DNA of 57,430 nt, filler included, from Sphacelaria rigidula (lineage: Eukaryota): assembly GCA_964200075.2 (NCBI GenBank). It is 6 parts of 6 records of this genome, joined end to end, with 100 filler letters (N's around TTAATTAATTAA, not from the genome) between each part and the next. Parts side by side here need not be neighbours in the genome. Positions count along the whole stretch, not along the records: positions 19,179 to 28,666 come from CAXNAA020008371.1; positions 28,767 to 38,254 come from CAXNAA020008372.1; 4 more parts are not named here. The stretch is one strand, 5' to 3'. This document shows positions 22,701 to 34,719 of this stretch, in pieces. The notes below the pieces were generated by a model that did no database searches, was not told the origin of the DNA, and was given only the letters and a program-made list of their open reading frames with translations. The stretch's first letter is position 1, and every line of letters begins with the position of its first letter. The position numbers and the translations under genes are program-made.

Positions 22701-25443
22701 AAGCTGCAAGGGGCACATGAATAATCAACGACCACACGACAATGGCACGGACCCCGGTAAGGGTCAATCGGTGGAGGCACAACCGACGGACGAAACTCCC
22801 CGGCGCCGTCTGGTGCGAAAAAGAACATCGTCGAACCGCAATGACCGGCCGCAAGAGTCAACCGAGCCCCTCGAGAAGGTTCCTGCTGAAGAAGCAGGGG
22901 GAGGGGGTAGTTTGTCGGGTGGGAAAGGTCCACCAAGTAGGAGGGAAGGAGGGATGATGGGTAGAGGAGCGGGTCAGGGGACAGGGGAAAGGGAAAAGTC
23001 TCACCGGGACGTAAATGAGATGAAGGCGAATCTGCTGGAACGGGCGTTAGCGAACATGCGCACCAAGGTGAGGCTTTCTGCTTTTAGCCCGGGACATGAG
23101 CTGTAGTGCTCATGGTGAACTCTGTTTCGCCACGTGCGCTCTGTCGCCCCTACTACCATATTCATCGAACCAAACCGGAAAGGTTTCAAGGGTGACACCC
23201 CGTTGATTGCTGGTGATAGATTTTCAGGATGAATTTTCGAGATGGATTTTCGGAAAGGGGGACATTGTCCGCGTGCGTGATGAGCTGCAGTGAGCCAGCC
23301 GGCCACGCATGTTATCACAAAGGCGACACGCCAAAGAGTGCGACCGATTGCGATCGCGCGCTGTAAAACGCACATCAGGCTAAGGGCGAGCTCCGAGTAG
23401 CGCACGCAGAAATCGACCAGCTCAAGGCGGAGAAAGTTGTGCTGGAGCAAGCGCTAGACGCAAAGGGGAAAGAAGTCCGCCTTCAAGTGCTGCAGGTTAG
23501 CCTTCAGTATAGAACCGACCGCGGCGATCACCAGGTTTACACATTTGTCAAAGACCGAGTTCACGACGTGTTTTCGAGGATACTAAGATGGACACCAGTC
23601 GATACTCCGTGCGCAAAGTCGAGCACGATAATAGTTCTGCCAAGATCCGTCGATCTGCACAGCTCGTCATGATGAATCCACAAGTTATGGATAGGGCCAG
23701 CTCGTCAGCCTGTGGCCGCTGCCCATCCGCACTCGGCCAAGATCAGGCTATTCAGAATGACATCCCGTTCCCCGTGGGGATGTGTACACCAAACTTAACC
23801 CATAGCGGCAAAAAATGGTCACAATACCTACGAATTCTTAACTGGACCGGATTTTCCTCCCGGCGACGCCCTATTCCTACCTACTCACTCCCCTCACCCC
23901 TGCTTCATATCAAAAGGTGAGTCGTCTAAAGCATATCCTTCGAGACCTCTGCGCGGGCGCGGCAAAGTTAGAAGAAGCAAGTCTCGTGGTCGCCGCAAAT
24001 ATGCCGAACGCGCGAGCAAGAGCAGAGGCCGCCCCCGAAGCGGAGTCTCATAGAGTGCACGGAGAACGTCGTACCCGATCAGCCGCCGCCGGCGTCGCCT
24101 GCAGCAGCATCAGCAGGTACCAAAACTTTGGTCCCGCTTCTACACGCTTTGCCTCCACGGCTCATGGGTATAGAACCCCTGGTCTACTTGGGGGACGGAG
24201 CACAGGCTCAACGGCGAGGAGAAGAGTTGTTCCACCTGCTAACCGCGAGTTGACGGGGACAGTTTTGCAGTCAGTCTCCCCGCAAGCCCGTCGTACTTTA
24301 CCAATGAATTGGAACCTCTCTTGGGGAGACGGAGGAGGCAAAGGGATGTATGGGGGGCGGCGAAAGGTTGAAGATCGGGGGTATAGGACTGGAGATTTGA
24401 CGAGTGCGGCATCAGGAGCTGGGACAGAGTGGGGAAGACTTGTGGAGAGTACAGCGGTACTGAGTAAAGTAGCGGCAGTGGCAACGGAGGAGGCGACAGT
24501 GGCCGAGAACGTTCCTAGAGCTGCTGGTGGGAGCAGCTGTGGAATAAACGGCGAGAGCATGAGAGCTTTCGGAAGTGTAGGAGAAGGGACAGTGATGAAG
24601 GTTCAATTGCCTGGGACCCGAAGAGGAAAACCATCGGAGCAACAGCAAAGCAAGCAGCAGCAGCAACCACTACAACAACACCCGTCTGCACCACAGAAGC
24701 AACCACCACAGCCACAACCACAGCCACAGCCACAGCCACTGTCACAACTACAACCACAACCACAACCACAACCACAAGAGAAGAAGCGGCCGCCTGCTCT
24801 GGAAACTACCGTAACGCGCACATTGCCGGCGATGAGTGACGTTCGTATGGTGTGTCCCCTCGTAGGCATGATAGACATGCTGGAGTCGCCGCGGGGGGAG
24901 GACTGCGTCGAAAAGCAATACGCATCATTTTCGGCGAGTAGACCAGGTCGATCATCCTCAGAGATAAGACATGACTATTCCCCTGAGCATTGGACGGCAC
25001 TGGGCATATCACCGGCCAAGTTCCCTCGTAGCGATACAATGACGGTGGCTCAAGAAGAGCGGCAGTGCGGCGTCGATCGTAACGGAGTCGTATGGCACGC
25101 AGAACAGTGCGTCTTGAGGCAGAGCTCTGCAGCCGCTGAAACGAGCAGCGTTGCCCGTAGTGTTCGAGCCTTGTTATCGTTGAGCCCGAAAAGCGACGCC
25201 ACCAGCGGAGACGAGGTAGCGGGTGAAACGGGGGAAATAGTTGTGGCTGAGACGAGGTTTCACTCCTTCTCCCCCGACCTGACCGAGCTGCGTTCTGGAT
25301 CACGCTGTTGGACAGAAAAAGAAGGTGTTCGTTGTAACCACGAGCTTGATGCAAAAATTACAGTTATTGGGAGTGCTGAAACCCTTGCAGAGAACGATCA
25401 AAACCCATCCATCGTTGATAATTTTAAATGTACCATATTTTGA
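19787..25443 (+). CDS. Multi-exon uncharacterised coiled-coil protein with low-complexity termini (~1173 aa; 5' end uncertain)
   Basis: Phase-consistent GT-AG exons 19787-20722, 20977-21170, 21562-21733, 22064-22228, 22657-23067, 23379-23495 and 23917-25443 total 3522 nt in frame. Central exons are heptad-like (DKLIQQLARDNGVLKRKV, LRAITRDNEMLRNRVEEV, EIDQLKAEKVVLEQAL). There is a poly-N/H/D tract near the N-terminus and a PQ-rich tract near the C-terminus. The frame is open from an AG at 19741, so more 5' exons may exist. Confidence 0.82.
19985..20075 (+). repeat. Coding compound trinucleotide repeat (CAC)n(AAC)n(GAC)n
   Basis: Encodes H6, N-runs and D6 in exon 1. Confidence 0.9.
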
Positions 25444-26668
25444 TCCTGCACTGTGTATGCTGTTTTTGCCTGTCATAGTGAGAGCTACCGATCACCCTGC
25501 AGGAATCAGTATTCATGTAGGGTTTACACGAGGCCCACTTCACTGTCTCATTGATTCAGCCAAATGACTCTTGGATTATGTTCCTATCGTTGTTGTTGAC
25601 CTCTCTCCATGATTAGGGTATGCTGGAGGTGTGCTTGTACCACCAGCGTATCGTGATCACACGAGTAGTTTTTGGGACAGGTCGGAAAGACAGCACATGA
25701 ATATTGACTCAATTACTGTGTCTATTCAGGTATCGATTGATTGAGCCGTGTTGCGTCGTGTATTATCAAATATCTATGAAGACCGACTTGGACCGAAGCA
25801 GCGTAATAGATCTTACGATGGACCCCAGTTCCATTCCCCTCCTTCCCGTCCCTCGTTCTATCTCCCTCTGATTCTGACCACGAACACACAGAAGAGAGTT
25901 CATCCGGCGCGCAACCTCAGCGGGCGCTCAGGGTTTCACTCGTGGGGGACAAGCAATTGATGCCAACAAGCATAAGAGCACCGAGGTCGTCAGAATTGCG
26001 AACTTCGGTGCCAACGGTGCTAGAACTGTCCGTGTAACTTATGGCAAGGGGGCATCACGGGCATGAAAGCGGTTTTCGGGTGTCACTTCATGAATACTTC
26101 ATGCTGACGACCGCTCAGACACGACCAATACCACGCGGTCATGAGCACATGATGAGGGCCATGGAAAGGAGGCTCAATGACAAAGCGTGTCGGTCAAACT
26201 GAAGCCACGCTTGCATCTATGCTCTGAAACCAGGAGAGACACGGGAATATGATACCATGTATCATCTTTCAAGTGCGGAGTAACTACAATCAATCCTAAG
26301 TAAGCCTATCACATCACAGGTATTACTTGTTGTCAGCAGTACCTCATCACCTCATCGACACCTTTCTGGTTTCACCAAACAGTAACATCGTAACAAAGCA
26401 AGGTTCTTGATGGTACTCTTTTTCTACGACAATACCAAGTAACAGAAGTCATTTCAAACTTTTCGTATTGAGCTTCATCCATCTCTTTCTATCTTATTCT
26501 GCTTTATTTTTTTGCTGCTCCTGACCACGGGCTGGATGGATTGATCGATTGATTGATTGATCACTTCAGATTACTTGACTGCAGGTGGAGGCTGTTTGAC
26601 TACTTTCTTGGCCCAGGTCTCCCCGCCATAGGCGTTAGTCTTGAGCGATGATTGTCGCAAACATTACC

Positions 26669-27890
26669 TTTGACCGTCTCAAGATTGAACCGACATGTTC
26701 ACAGGAACTTTTTATCACAGTACGATCGAAATTGTAGATAACGTTCTGACGGTCGATTCGAGACGGTGCTCCGTCTCGAAAGGGATGCGTGGTCAATGGT
26801 GAAACGACCGAGGCAAGCGATAAATGAGTACGCCCCCTCAAGTCACGCGGTACAGAGACTTCCACCTCTAGCTCACTCGGTAACTAGTTCCTCTAAGACT
26901 GGTAGCCAAACATAGTTCATCGTTGACGGGAGCATTCTATACTGTAAAGCAGTAAACACCCAACACAATGAGAGCACGTTAGAGCCCAACTGTTCAGTCA
27001 GCGCAGCTACAAGAGGTCACGCATTTTGGTTTCGAAAAGTGCAGTGAAAAAATCTGCGCACATACTAGCGCAGACGTGAGTCAGAGGGCCAAAATGTTGC
27101 CCTCTTCAGAGGGAAGGCCTGCTCCCTACACACACAACAACAGACCTTGACAGACATTGCTGATGCCTACCGTGTGCGATGTTTTTTTGCGCCGATGAAT
27201 GGCCACCCGTGATCATCTCAGGCCTCAACGAATAATATACTAGGGATTCGTCCTACATACCCCCGACCCCTGTCGACTAGCCCCACATTGACTCGACGAA
27301 ACTGTACGCCCGCGCCCGAGTTTCCCGTCGCCATGTTTGCAGCAACAAACGAATAAGGCAATGTCGCCAAATGGAATACCGTTGGCTTCAGCTCCTCCGA
27401 GGCTCGCTCGGTCCTCGCGTCCACTCGCATCCAGACCTGCCGCAGAATCCACGCGGGCGTTGAATTTTAATACTCCGCCAGAACCCTTTAGATATATGTG
27501 TACGGAAAATGAAAGCTCTTGAGCTCGGCATTCGTGTGCCTTGCACGCCGGCTCAACAACTTTGTCCAGCCAAGTGCTGCCAGAATCAGCGGCTTTCTGT
27601 ATCGAAACCCCTCCATGGCTAGTACATTGTCAATCACCGCAGAAACTTAAGGCTTCTTTTGTACCAGCCCCTGTAGGGTTCGTGGCTTCTGCGCCTCGAT
27701 CAACCCCCCCTTCCCCCGGAATCCAGGCCCTCAGGTGCTTCCTCCCCAGAGCCCGTGCCTACCTCCGCCGCGCCTAACGGAGACCTGGCATCAACTCCAC
27801 CAACAGTTATCCCAGCCCGGCTGTCGACAGTAGCCAATGTCACTATTGTTTCTCTAGCGACCTCTCGAATCTGGTACTTGGCACAACTCC
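26669..27890 (-). CDS. Possible exons of a convergent minus-strand gene (unresolved model)
   Basis: Splice-bounded open segments near 27762-27890, 27261-27435 and 26669-26746 (NVIYNFDRTVIKSSCEHVGSILRRSK). No family is recognised and phases are not fully resolved. Confidence 0.25.
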
Positions 27891-28666
27891 TGACGTGTTC
27901 CGTAAGATGCTCGTGGAAACCCCAGGTCAGGCATTGGACGATATACTTTACTAGCATCACTCAGGATATTTGTCAAGTACTACCCCAGCTCAGTCCTTAG
28001 TGGACGCACATCTAGAGGTTGACTAAGGACAAAACAAAAATGCCTGAACGACCCTAACTTAGCATGAAACATCCAACACGCTATGGTGATGAGCTTGAAA
28101 TTCTTGATGCCCTCGGGTTTTGGAGAATGACAGTAGCAAAGGCGCCGATGATCGCCCGTAGGCCGAGTGGGCGCTGAAGATAACTTGTCCAGTTGTAATT
28201 TTTGTCGAATACCTCGCTATGGGATCATATGTTTTGAATCAAAAGTGCGCGGCCCCACACCAGCGCTTTTCGCATAGAAAGACAACCAGGTGGGTTACTT
28301 TACCTTGGAATGCCATTTTTTACTGTTTGGACTTGTGGGAATTGGGAAGATCTGTACGATTTCTTCAGTGATCGAGCCAAAGTCAAACCGCGCGCATCAA
28401 AATACCGAAGTGTGTTGGAATCCTCGTCTCAGACAGTAGAGCAAGTCATCCCGAGGTGGCATTGTCCGCGTGATCGCCTTTTTTTACGCGAAAATCGCTG
28501 GCACAGCAGACTGACCGGCCAAATTACGCTTTGATCCAAGGAGAAACACATTACGCTCCCATTATAAGAAATAGACAGTTCTATAAAACGAGGTTGTACG
28601 ATGAAATTTGGTTCGAGCCCAAAACAGTGCTTTCCCCACACTTTCAGCGATGGTGCCCGATGGCTT

Positions 28667-28766
28667 NNNNNNNNNNNNNNNNNNNNNNNNNNNNNNNNNN
28701 NNNNNNNNNNTTAATTAATTAANNNNNNNNNNNNNNNNNNNNNNNNNNNNNNNNNNNNNNNNNNNN
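28667..28766. other. Artificial contig spacer
   Basis: Same construct. Confidence 0.98.
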
Positions 28767-28812
28767 CATCCGCCTGCAAACGTTCATGCAGCCTGTAGGC
28801 TGGCCCAGCTCG
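28767..28812. mobile_element. Terminal fragment of a CGAGCTGGGCCAGC-family MITE (truncated by contig start)
   Basis: TAGGCTGGCCCAGCTCG|TA abuts the next copy. Confidence 0.8.
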
Positions 28813-28814
28813 TA

Positions 28815-29836
28815 CGAGCTGGGCCAGCATAGAGGCGGATTTGAAGCTTGCAGGCCCATGCTCTTTTATACATTATTTGGAGTTGGGCCCTGAAATTTGG
28901 TATGGACAACGCATAGGGCATAAAAAATATACATACTTCGGTACCAATAGTTTTTTTTTCATGAGCTAGGGTCATGTTACTGATACCTGAAAACCGATTA
29001 TTGCGCTTAGGCCGGAACTTATGGCACACAGATTTTTGGCCCACGGATTGTTCACTTCAACGGCGTTTGACCCCCTTTTTGACCCCCAAACCGGGAAAAT
29101 TGCCAACACACATCTTGGACACTTTGCATTACCCCACAGAGAGGAGCCTAGTCTGCTTTTCAGATTCCCTTGGCTCCGAGGTTTGAGATTGACCGCTGAA
29201 CAATAATTCGTGTGCAATAATCTGTGCTTGTCGACCCCTGCCAGGTTGCCCAATAATCAATCTGTGGAGATCGCCGTAGATTTTGTTGCACACGGATTTT
29301 TGTTCAGCGGCCGCTCTCGAAACCTTAGAGCCGAGCGAAACTGAAAAGTGGGCTAGGCTCCTCTCTGTGGGGTGCTGCAAAGTGTCCAAGACGTGTGTTG
29401 ACATTTTCCCCGGTTTGGGGGTCAAAAAGTGGCTTGAACTCAGTTAAAGTAAACAATCCGTGGGCCAAGAATCTGTGTGCCATAACATCCGGCCTCAACT
29501 CATGAAAGAAAAGGTTTCATTCGGCACTCGTTTGTGGTTATCCACACCAAAATTCGATAACATCCGCTAAAAACATCGATCGGGAGTTTTATAGAGATTC
29601 TAGTATTAGCCAGGTATTCTAGTATTGGCAAGGTATTGGCGCTATATCCCTCAGGTATAGGAATTACCAGCATGGGGTTTGATCAACGAGAAAATATGGG
29701 CCCAAACTTTTGAGCAAAGGGGCACCTTCCCCTTGACAAGACGATTGATACGATATGCGGATCACGGCCCAACTCGTCTGCATCGATGAGATATTGCTTT
29801 TAGAGCTTAAATCCGTTTCGAGGCTGGTCCAGCTCG
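28815..29836. mobile_element. Tc1/mariner-type MITE (CGAGCTGGGCCAGC family) carrying a nested insertion
   Basis: TA|CGAGCTGGGCCAGC ... GCTGGTCCAGCTCG|TA. Both arms align to 16602-17455. Confidence 0.9.
29010..29494. mobile_element. PIF/Harbinger-like foldback MITE nested in the mariner-type MITE
   Basis: GGCCGGAACTTATGGCACACAGA ... TCTGTGTGCCATAACATCCGGCC with arms complementary almost throughout. Flanks are TTA/TCA. The empty site is visible in the copy at 17259-17275. Confidence 0.85.
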
Positions 29837-29844
29837 TAACGATA

Positions 29845-30347
29845 TACCCTGACCCTGGGCAGGGGTATGGTGGGCTTGGAGAACTCAAAGAACTGTCGGG
29901 TACCAAGACTGGATGAAAGTTCTACGGAACTCACAGGACTTGTCGGGTACGATATGGAAGGTTCCAGAAAAACCGTACTGACAATCGGATGTTTTTTCGA
30001 GAGCGTACCTACGCTTCAGGTACGGGTAAATATTCTGTGCGGGACGCACACTGTCGAGTGAGGGTACGGGAGACTTACAAACCTCACAGAAACTGTCGGG
30101 CAGGGTGTGGAGATTGGACAGGAAATCGGACCCGCAACCGAGTATTTTGTCAAGAGTGTACCCGTGTCCCCCACTAACGGTACGCGAGGATTACAGAACT
30201 ATCGGGTAAGAGTATGAAAATATTGCAGGGACCACAGAACTGTCGGGCACCAGTATGAGTCTTACAGGAGTCACATATTTGTCGGGTACAGTAAATACCC
30301 GGGGAAATACCCGGATTTACAGAAACCGTACCCGACACAACACCTTG
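29845..30347. repeat. Repeat element with multiple GAACTGTCGGGTAC units
   Basis: ACAGAACTGTCGGG / ACCCGAC motifs recur, and the element ends in CACCTTG (CAAGG-type terminus). Confidence 0.7.
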
Positions 30348-30946
30348 AAGGTTCTTGTGCACCGTGAGTGAAAACATATGGGGAAATGGTAGCTCACTCA
30401 CTCGCATCATGACCACCTGGGGGGCTACAGTGCTCTCAAACATAAAGAGTACTGGCACCGCCTCTGGATTATGACAATCTGTACGAGAGCCATCCCGACA
30501 CGGTGTACCTTTTCATCATCACTTTTCCCTCGTCACAACTCCGACAAACAAGATCTCCGTGAAAAGCTACCCAAAACCTTGATGCCAAGTCAAGATAAAT
30601 CGCTCAATGAGCACATCACACGCGCACTCGAGAGTGAGTGATACGAAGATCGCAACCCTCAAACAGTATGAGCCACTTCGGTCACGAATACAAGGTTTTG
30701 ACTCAAGTCGCCGGGTCCTGCTTGTGAGACTTCGGCGACAGGGGAGGCGTAGCGCCACGGAATCTCGGCGATTCTTCAGAGGCGGGCGAAATCCACTGAT
30801 GATACCGTCTCACTGCCAACCGCCTTCTATCAAATCATGACGGCCTTCCATAACTCAGCACGTGCTCTACTTCACCGCCTCAGGGTAGCGGTAAGCCTCG
30901 AACCTCTCCGTCACATCAACTACCCAAAATATGTCGCTGGTCAGGG

Positions 30947-33136
30947 TCATGCCTCCGCATCATCAACGTCTGGAGCACTTTCTTCCTCCTCGGCACTTTC
31001 TGGAGCACTCTCCTCCACCTCCTCACTGTCTTCGTCATCATCCATATCCAACACCTCGTTCGTGGTTGGTGAAAGAAGCTGGCAAGTGCCACCGTTCTCT
31101 TCTATGGCAGCTACGGCGCTCTTCGTGAATCCATGCGCCTAAACGTGGGCATGGGGCAACAGGGCGGTGCGTGAAGCGGGCGCACATTTGTGAAATACGG
31201 ATTTAGAAGATCGCGAAAGTTATGACGAAGAATGGTGATGCACCCGCCTCGTGTTCACAATATCTTTGCGTCAACGGTTTAATGGTGATGGCCTCGTCGA
31301 ACATGACAACATGCGCAGGATCACAACAATAGTTGAGAGTTGCGTGTTGCTGCCTTGCTTCCCAGCACGTTTTCGTGCTCTTCGCCCATGAAACCGCCAC
31401 CGCAAACCAGCATGGAGAAATATCTAGACCGCATCAGCCGAGGCTTACTCTACTCGGGTTCTCGGTCCGACAACACGTAGATTGGATTGGCATATCCTTT
31501 GCGGGGATATTCCGGCAAGAGTTATGTGTAGGCGTCGCAAGGATCAATACCATCATCAACGACACGATGGTCCTGCGGTTAACGAATACGACACACTCGT
31601 ACACCCCAGGACGGGTGTTGGTTTCTCGACAAGTACCTGCACAGTAAGCCCCTTCGTTGTTAGCTCGTGTCCGCCAACAATCTTATGCCACTTGAACTTC
31701 GTCTTGTTCACTGCACCTGCATGTCACATGGCAATTTGCATGGTAATTCTGGTAGAGGTCAAAGGCGGTGACACGAGTGCTGACGAAGGCAACCCACTGC
31801 GGTCACTGACCGGAGAGCGGCGTGGAGGCACAAGCCCATGCCTGGGGGGAAAACGAAGCATGCAAACAGTAACGTATCCGGCTGCTGAGGCAAACGCCGA
31901 CTCATCCAGTGTTCCACGTCTGAGCGTACAACGGAAGGGTAACCACGCAGCGGCAGCACCATGAAACACGACAGCAGTACAAGTCACGTCGCTAGCCCAA
32001 CATATCAACCGTTTTCATCACTCACCAGCCTTGATGAGAGTCTCAAAGTTGACGGTCGCTCCATCATCGGCCTTGTTGAGCGCTTCCAGTGTTATGAGGT
32101 TGAACCGCTAAGAGGAAAATCGACGGGGTAAAGTTGCGGGTAGAGGTAACATACAAACTGTTTTCAACCACCGCACGTGGGCAATGTCAAGTCTTGCCAA
32201 CTCTGAAGGAACAGTGGGGGATATAATAACGCAGGAAGGACTAGGGTCCACAGAACTATTTCCATTTCGACGCTTACACTGATTTTCGTAGCTACAGATT
32301 AAATCCTGCTTATGCCTTCTCGGGACGGGACGAGTTAGTCGTCTACTAATCTACTAGTCTCAAGGGATCAACCCATCTCCCGCCGGTACACGCCTTGCAC
32401 TGTGAACTCGATTTTGGGTCATGACTATCAGCACTCTCATACCGTATCACCTCCTGTCAAAGTCACCCATCTACTTCTGTCTACTCACGTACGCTAGCTT
32501 CCGACAGTGCAAATCACATACTTGGAAGAAAAATCTCCATAATCTGGCACGAATCGAACCCACGTTCTCTCCACCCTAATAATGGTGACAGTCGGACCAT
32601 TTTAATTGGGACCACCGGGGGGGCAGCAGTATGCATTATCCTCCTCATCCTTCTGTATCAGGAGAACGTGCACGATTGGTCACGACAACGGTGTGCAACT
32701 ATAGTTTCTGGACATTGCTCTCTCCAATCTTTACACAAGAAGATAAAACCACAATCCATGAAATAGCGGACGCGTCAGGCTCATCACGGGTACACCCCCC
32801 GCCCCCCGAGTATCGAATTTCCAGTATGGAGCGACGAAAGGTCAATATGGCAACGAAACCGTCGAAGAGCATGAGAATCGATTATGCAAGCCCTAACCTT
32901 CTTCGTGTGACCCGGACCCATAGGTCGTCCGACTCTCTTCGGGAGACGACGGTAAAGCGGGGTCTGCCCTCCCTCGAACCCTGCCCGTACTCCCGGGCCG
33001 GACCGCGATTTTTGTCCACGCATACCAAATCCACACGATGCTCCCTGTCCAGCAGCGATACCGCGGCCCTTACGCTTGGGGAGTTGGCGAGACCCAGGGG
33101 CACTTTTGAGCGTGTGCGCAGCAATCTCATCCAGCA
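30947..33136 (-). CDS. rpl15: Ribosomal protein uL15, plastid-type, nucleus-encoded (5' targeting exon(s) not resolved)
   Basis: Phase-consistent exons 33136-32898 ([41 protein letters not shown]), 32107-32026, 31716-31637 and 31138-30947 ([17 protein letters not shown], acidic tail, TGA). The [18 protein letters not shown] signature is cyanobacterial/plastid type. Confidence 0.93.
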
Positions 33137-34353
33137 CTGACGAGTTACGGGTCATCGAACAGGCGCGACAGAAGATATACCCCAGTATTAGGGCCCATTT
33201 ACTTCAATGTTCATCCTAGGGTTTGTCACTATCGTCGCGTGCCAGAAAGCGCCGAACGTTTCAATCTGTTTTTCCCAGTCCCACGTCGTCAGCACAAAGG
33301 AGTTTAACGACCAACGCGGTCAGAAATCGCGTGGATCATCCCGGTAGGTGATCCGTGCAAGTGCCCCTCATTACTCGGCCGAGGTGTGAGAAGCTCTTTG
33401 CCGACAAGACCGCCGTCAAACTCCTCGGATGTATTTAGGAGTACGGGATGACAAAAGAGATCAAATACCACATCTGCTCCCGGGGCGATCTGGAACGTCA
33501 TTGCTCAAGTCTCCCGACGGTAATATAAAGCCGTAGTGGGGGCCCGAGTTCAGCTACCATGACTCAGCAGCGTATTCCTTGAGCAGCAAGCCAACAAGCG
33601 CAGTGCCAATGTTTGCTTTCCCTCTTTACAACGTATTAGTTGTAGGATTGAGCAGACGCTGGATTGGTCACCGGGCTCATTTAGGACAACAGCCTCGGGG
33701 TGGTGGTGCCGTTTCGGCCCATTTGATACCTGGGGGGGCGCATTAATATCAGCGATGTTCTCGGTTCTTGGACATGATGGTCCGTGAAGACACGGTTTCT
33801 TGGAGGTGTCAATACGTGGAAAAGCTGCCGCACTACTAGGGAGGTGAAAGCGGCTGGACACGACTGCGATGTAAGCTTCGTTGAAGCGGGTGGCGAAACA
33901 GAGCAGACGTGAAGAAAAGGCATGGAATACAACGTTGCACCGACTATTTCACTGCACCGGATAGTTTTCAGTTTCTAATTCAAGTTGAAACCATGTATCA
34001 TCCTGCCGTACCTGACGCTGTACAGTGTCGTTCGTGCTGAGTTTCGTACACGAACGAACTACTCGAAATAATTATGAACTTGTACTGTAGTACGTACAGA
34101 ATGACCTGACATGTGCCTTATTTGGAACCGCAAAGCTGGGCATCACAAGTGAGGTACAACGCTGGGGAAGGTTGGATTCGCCAGCAGAAGCCATGTGGTG
34201 CCAAACCGCCACGTTCATCATGTTGCTTTCAGTGATTCGTGTCGGCCGCGTCTTCTACATTCAAACACCATGCACATTGTTGACCATAACTCCATCGGAG
34301 CCAACTGCGATCATTCAACCTGCATGTACGGCCAAGTGCGTTGGTGTAGACGT

Positions 34354-34673
34354 CCCATCTATTGTGGACGCCGGTCTAGACCTTTCGGTATATGTGGGCA
34401 CACCAGCCGGGGTCACACGGGAAGAGGGTGAACACAGGAGCTTTCATATTTGTTTTTGGTATCCACCTTCGTGCTGCGGTGCTTGTCTTTACTTTTTATC
34501 GCGAGAGGGATTCAGCCCTCCCTTTTCCATAGTTGAGTCGAATTTTGTGTACCCACGACATAGTCGCTCTCCACTGTTGGGCATGTTGTGAGAAAAAAGT
34601 CAAGATCGCTCCAAAATTCGAACCCACAACTCAACCATCAGAGGGTTTCGAGGTTACCAACGGAGCCACCGGG
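34354..34673 (-). mobile_element. tRNA-derived SINE (~320 bp)
   Basis: Minus strand CCCGGTGGCTCCGTTGGTAACCTCGAAA...GTGGGTTCGAAT (A and B boxes) plus a body shared with 36376-36715. Confidence 0.82.
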
Positions 34674-34719
34674 CCTACTAAGAATCAGGGATATTAATGA
34701 CAGTAAAGCCCTGCTGTTT

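Noticed and set aside
33550..33932. Candidate rpl15 signal-peptide exons (contains SAAAF)
   Set aside because: I could not build a start-to-exon path with matching splice phase and a convincing hydrophobic signal peptide, so this is left unresolved.
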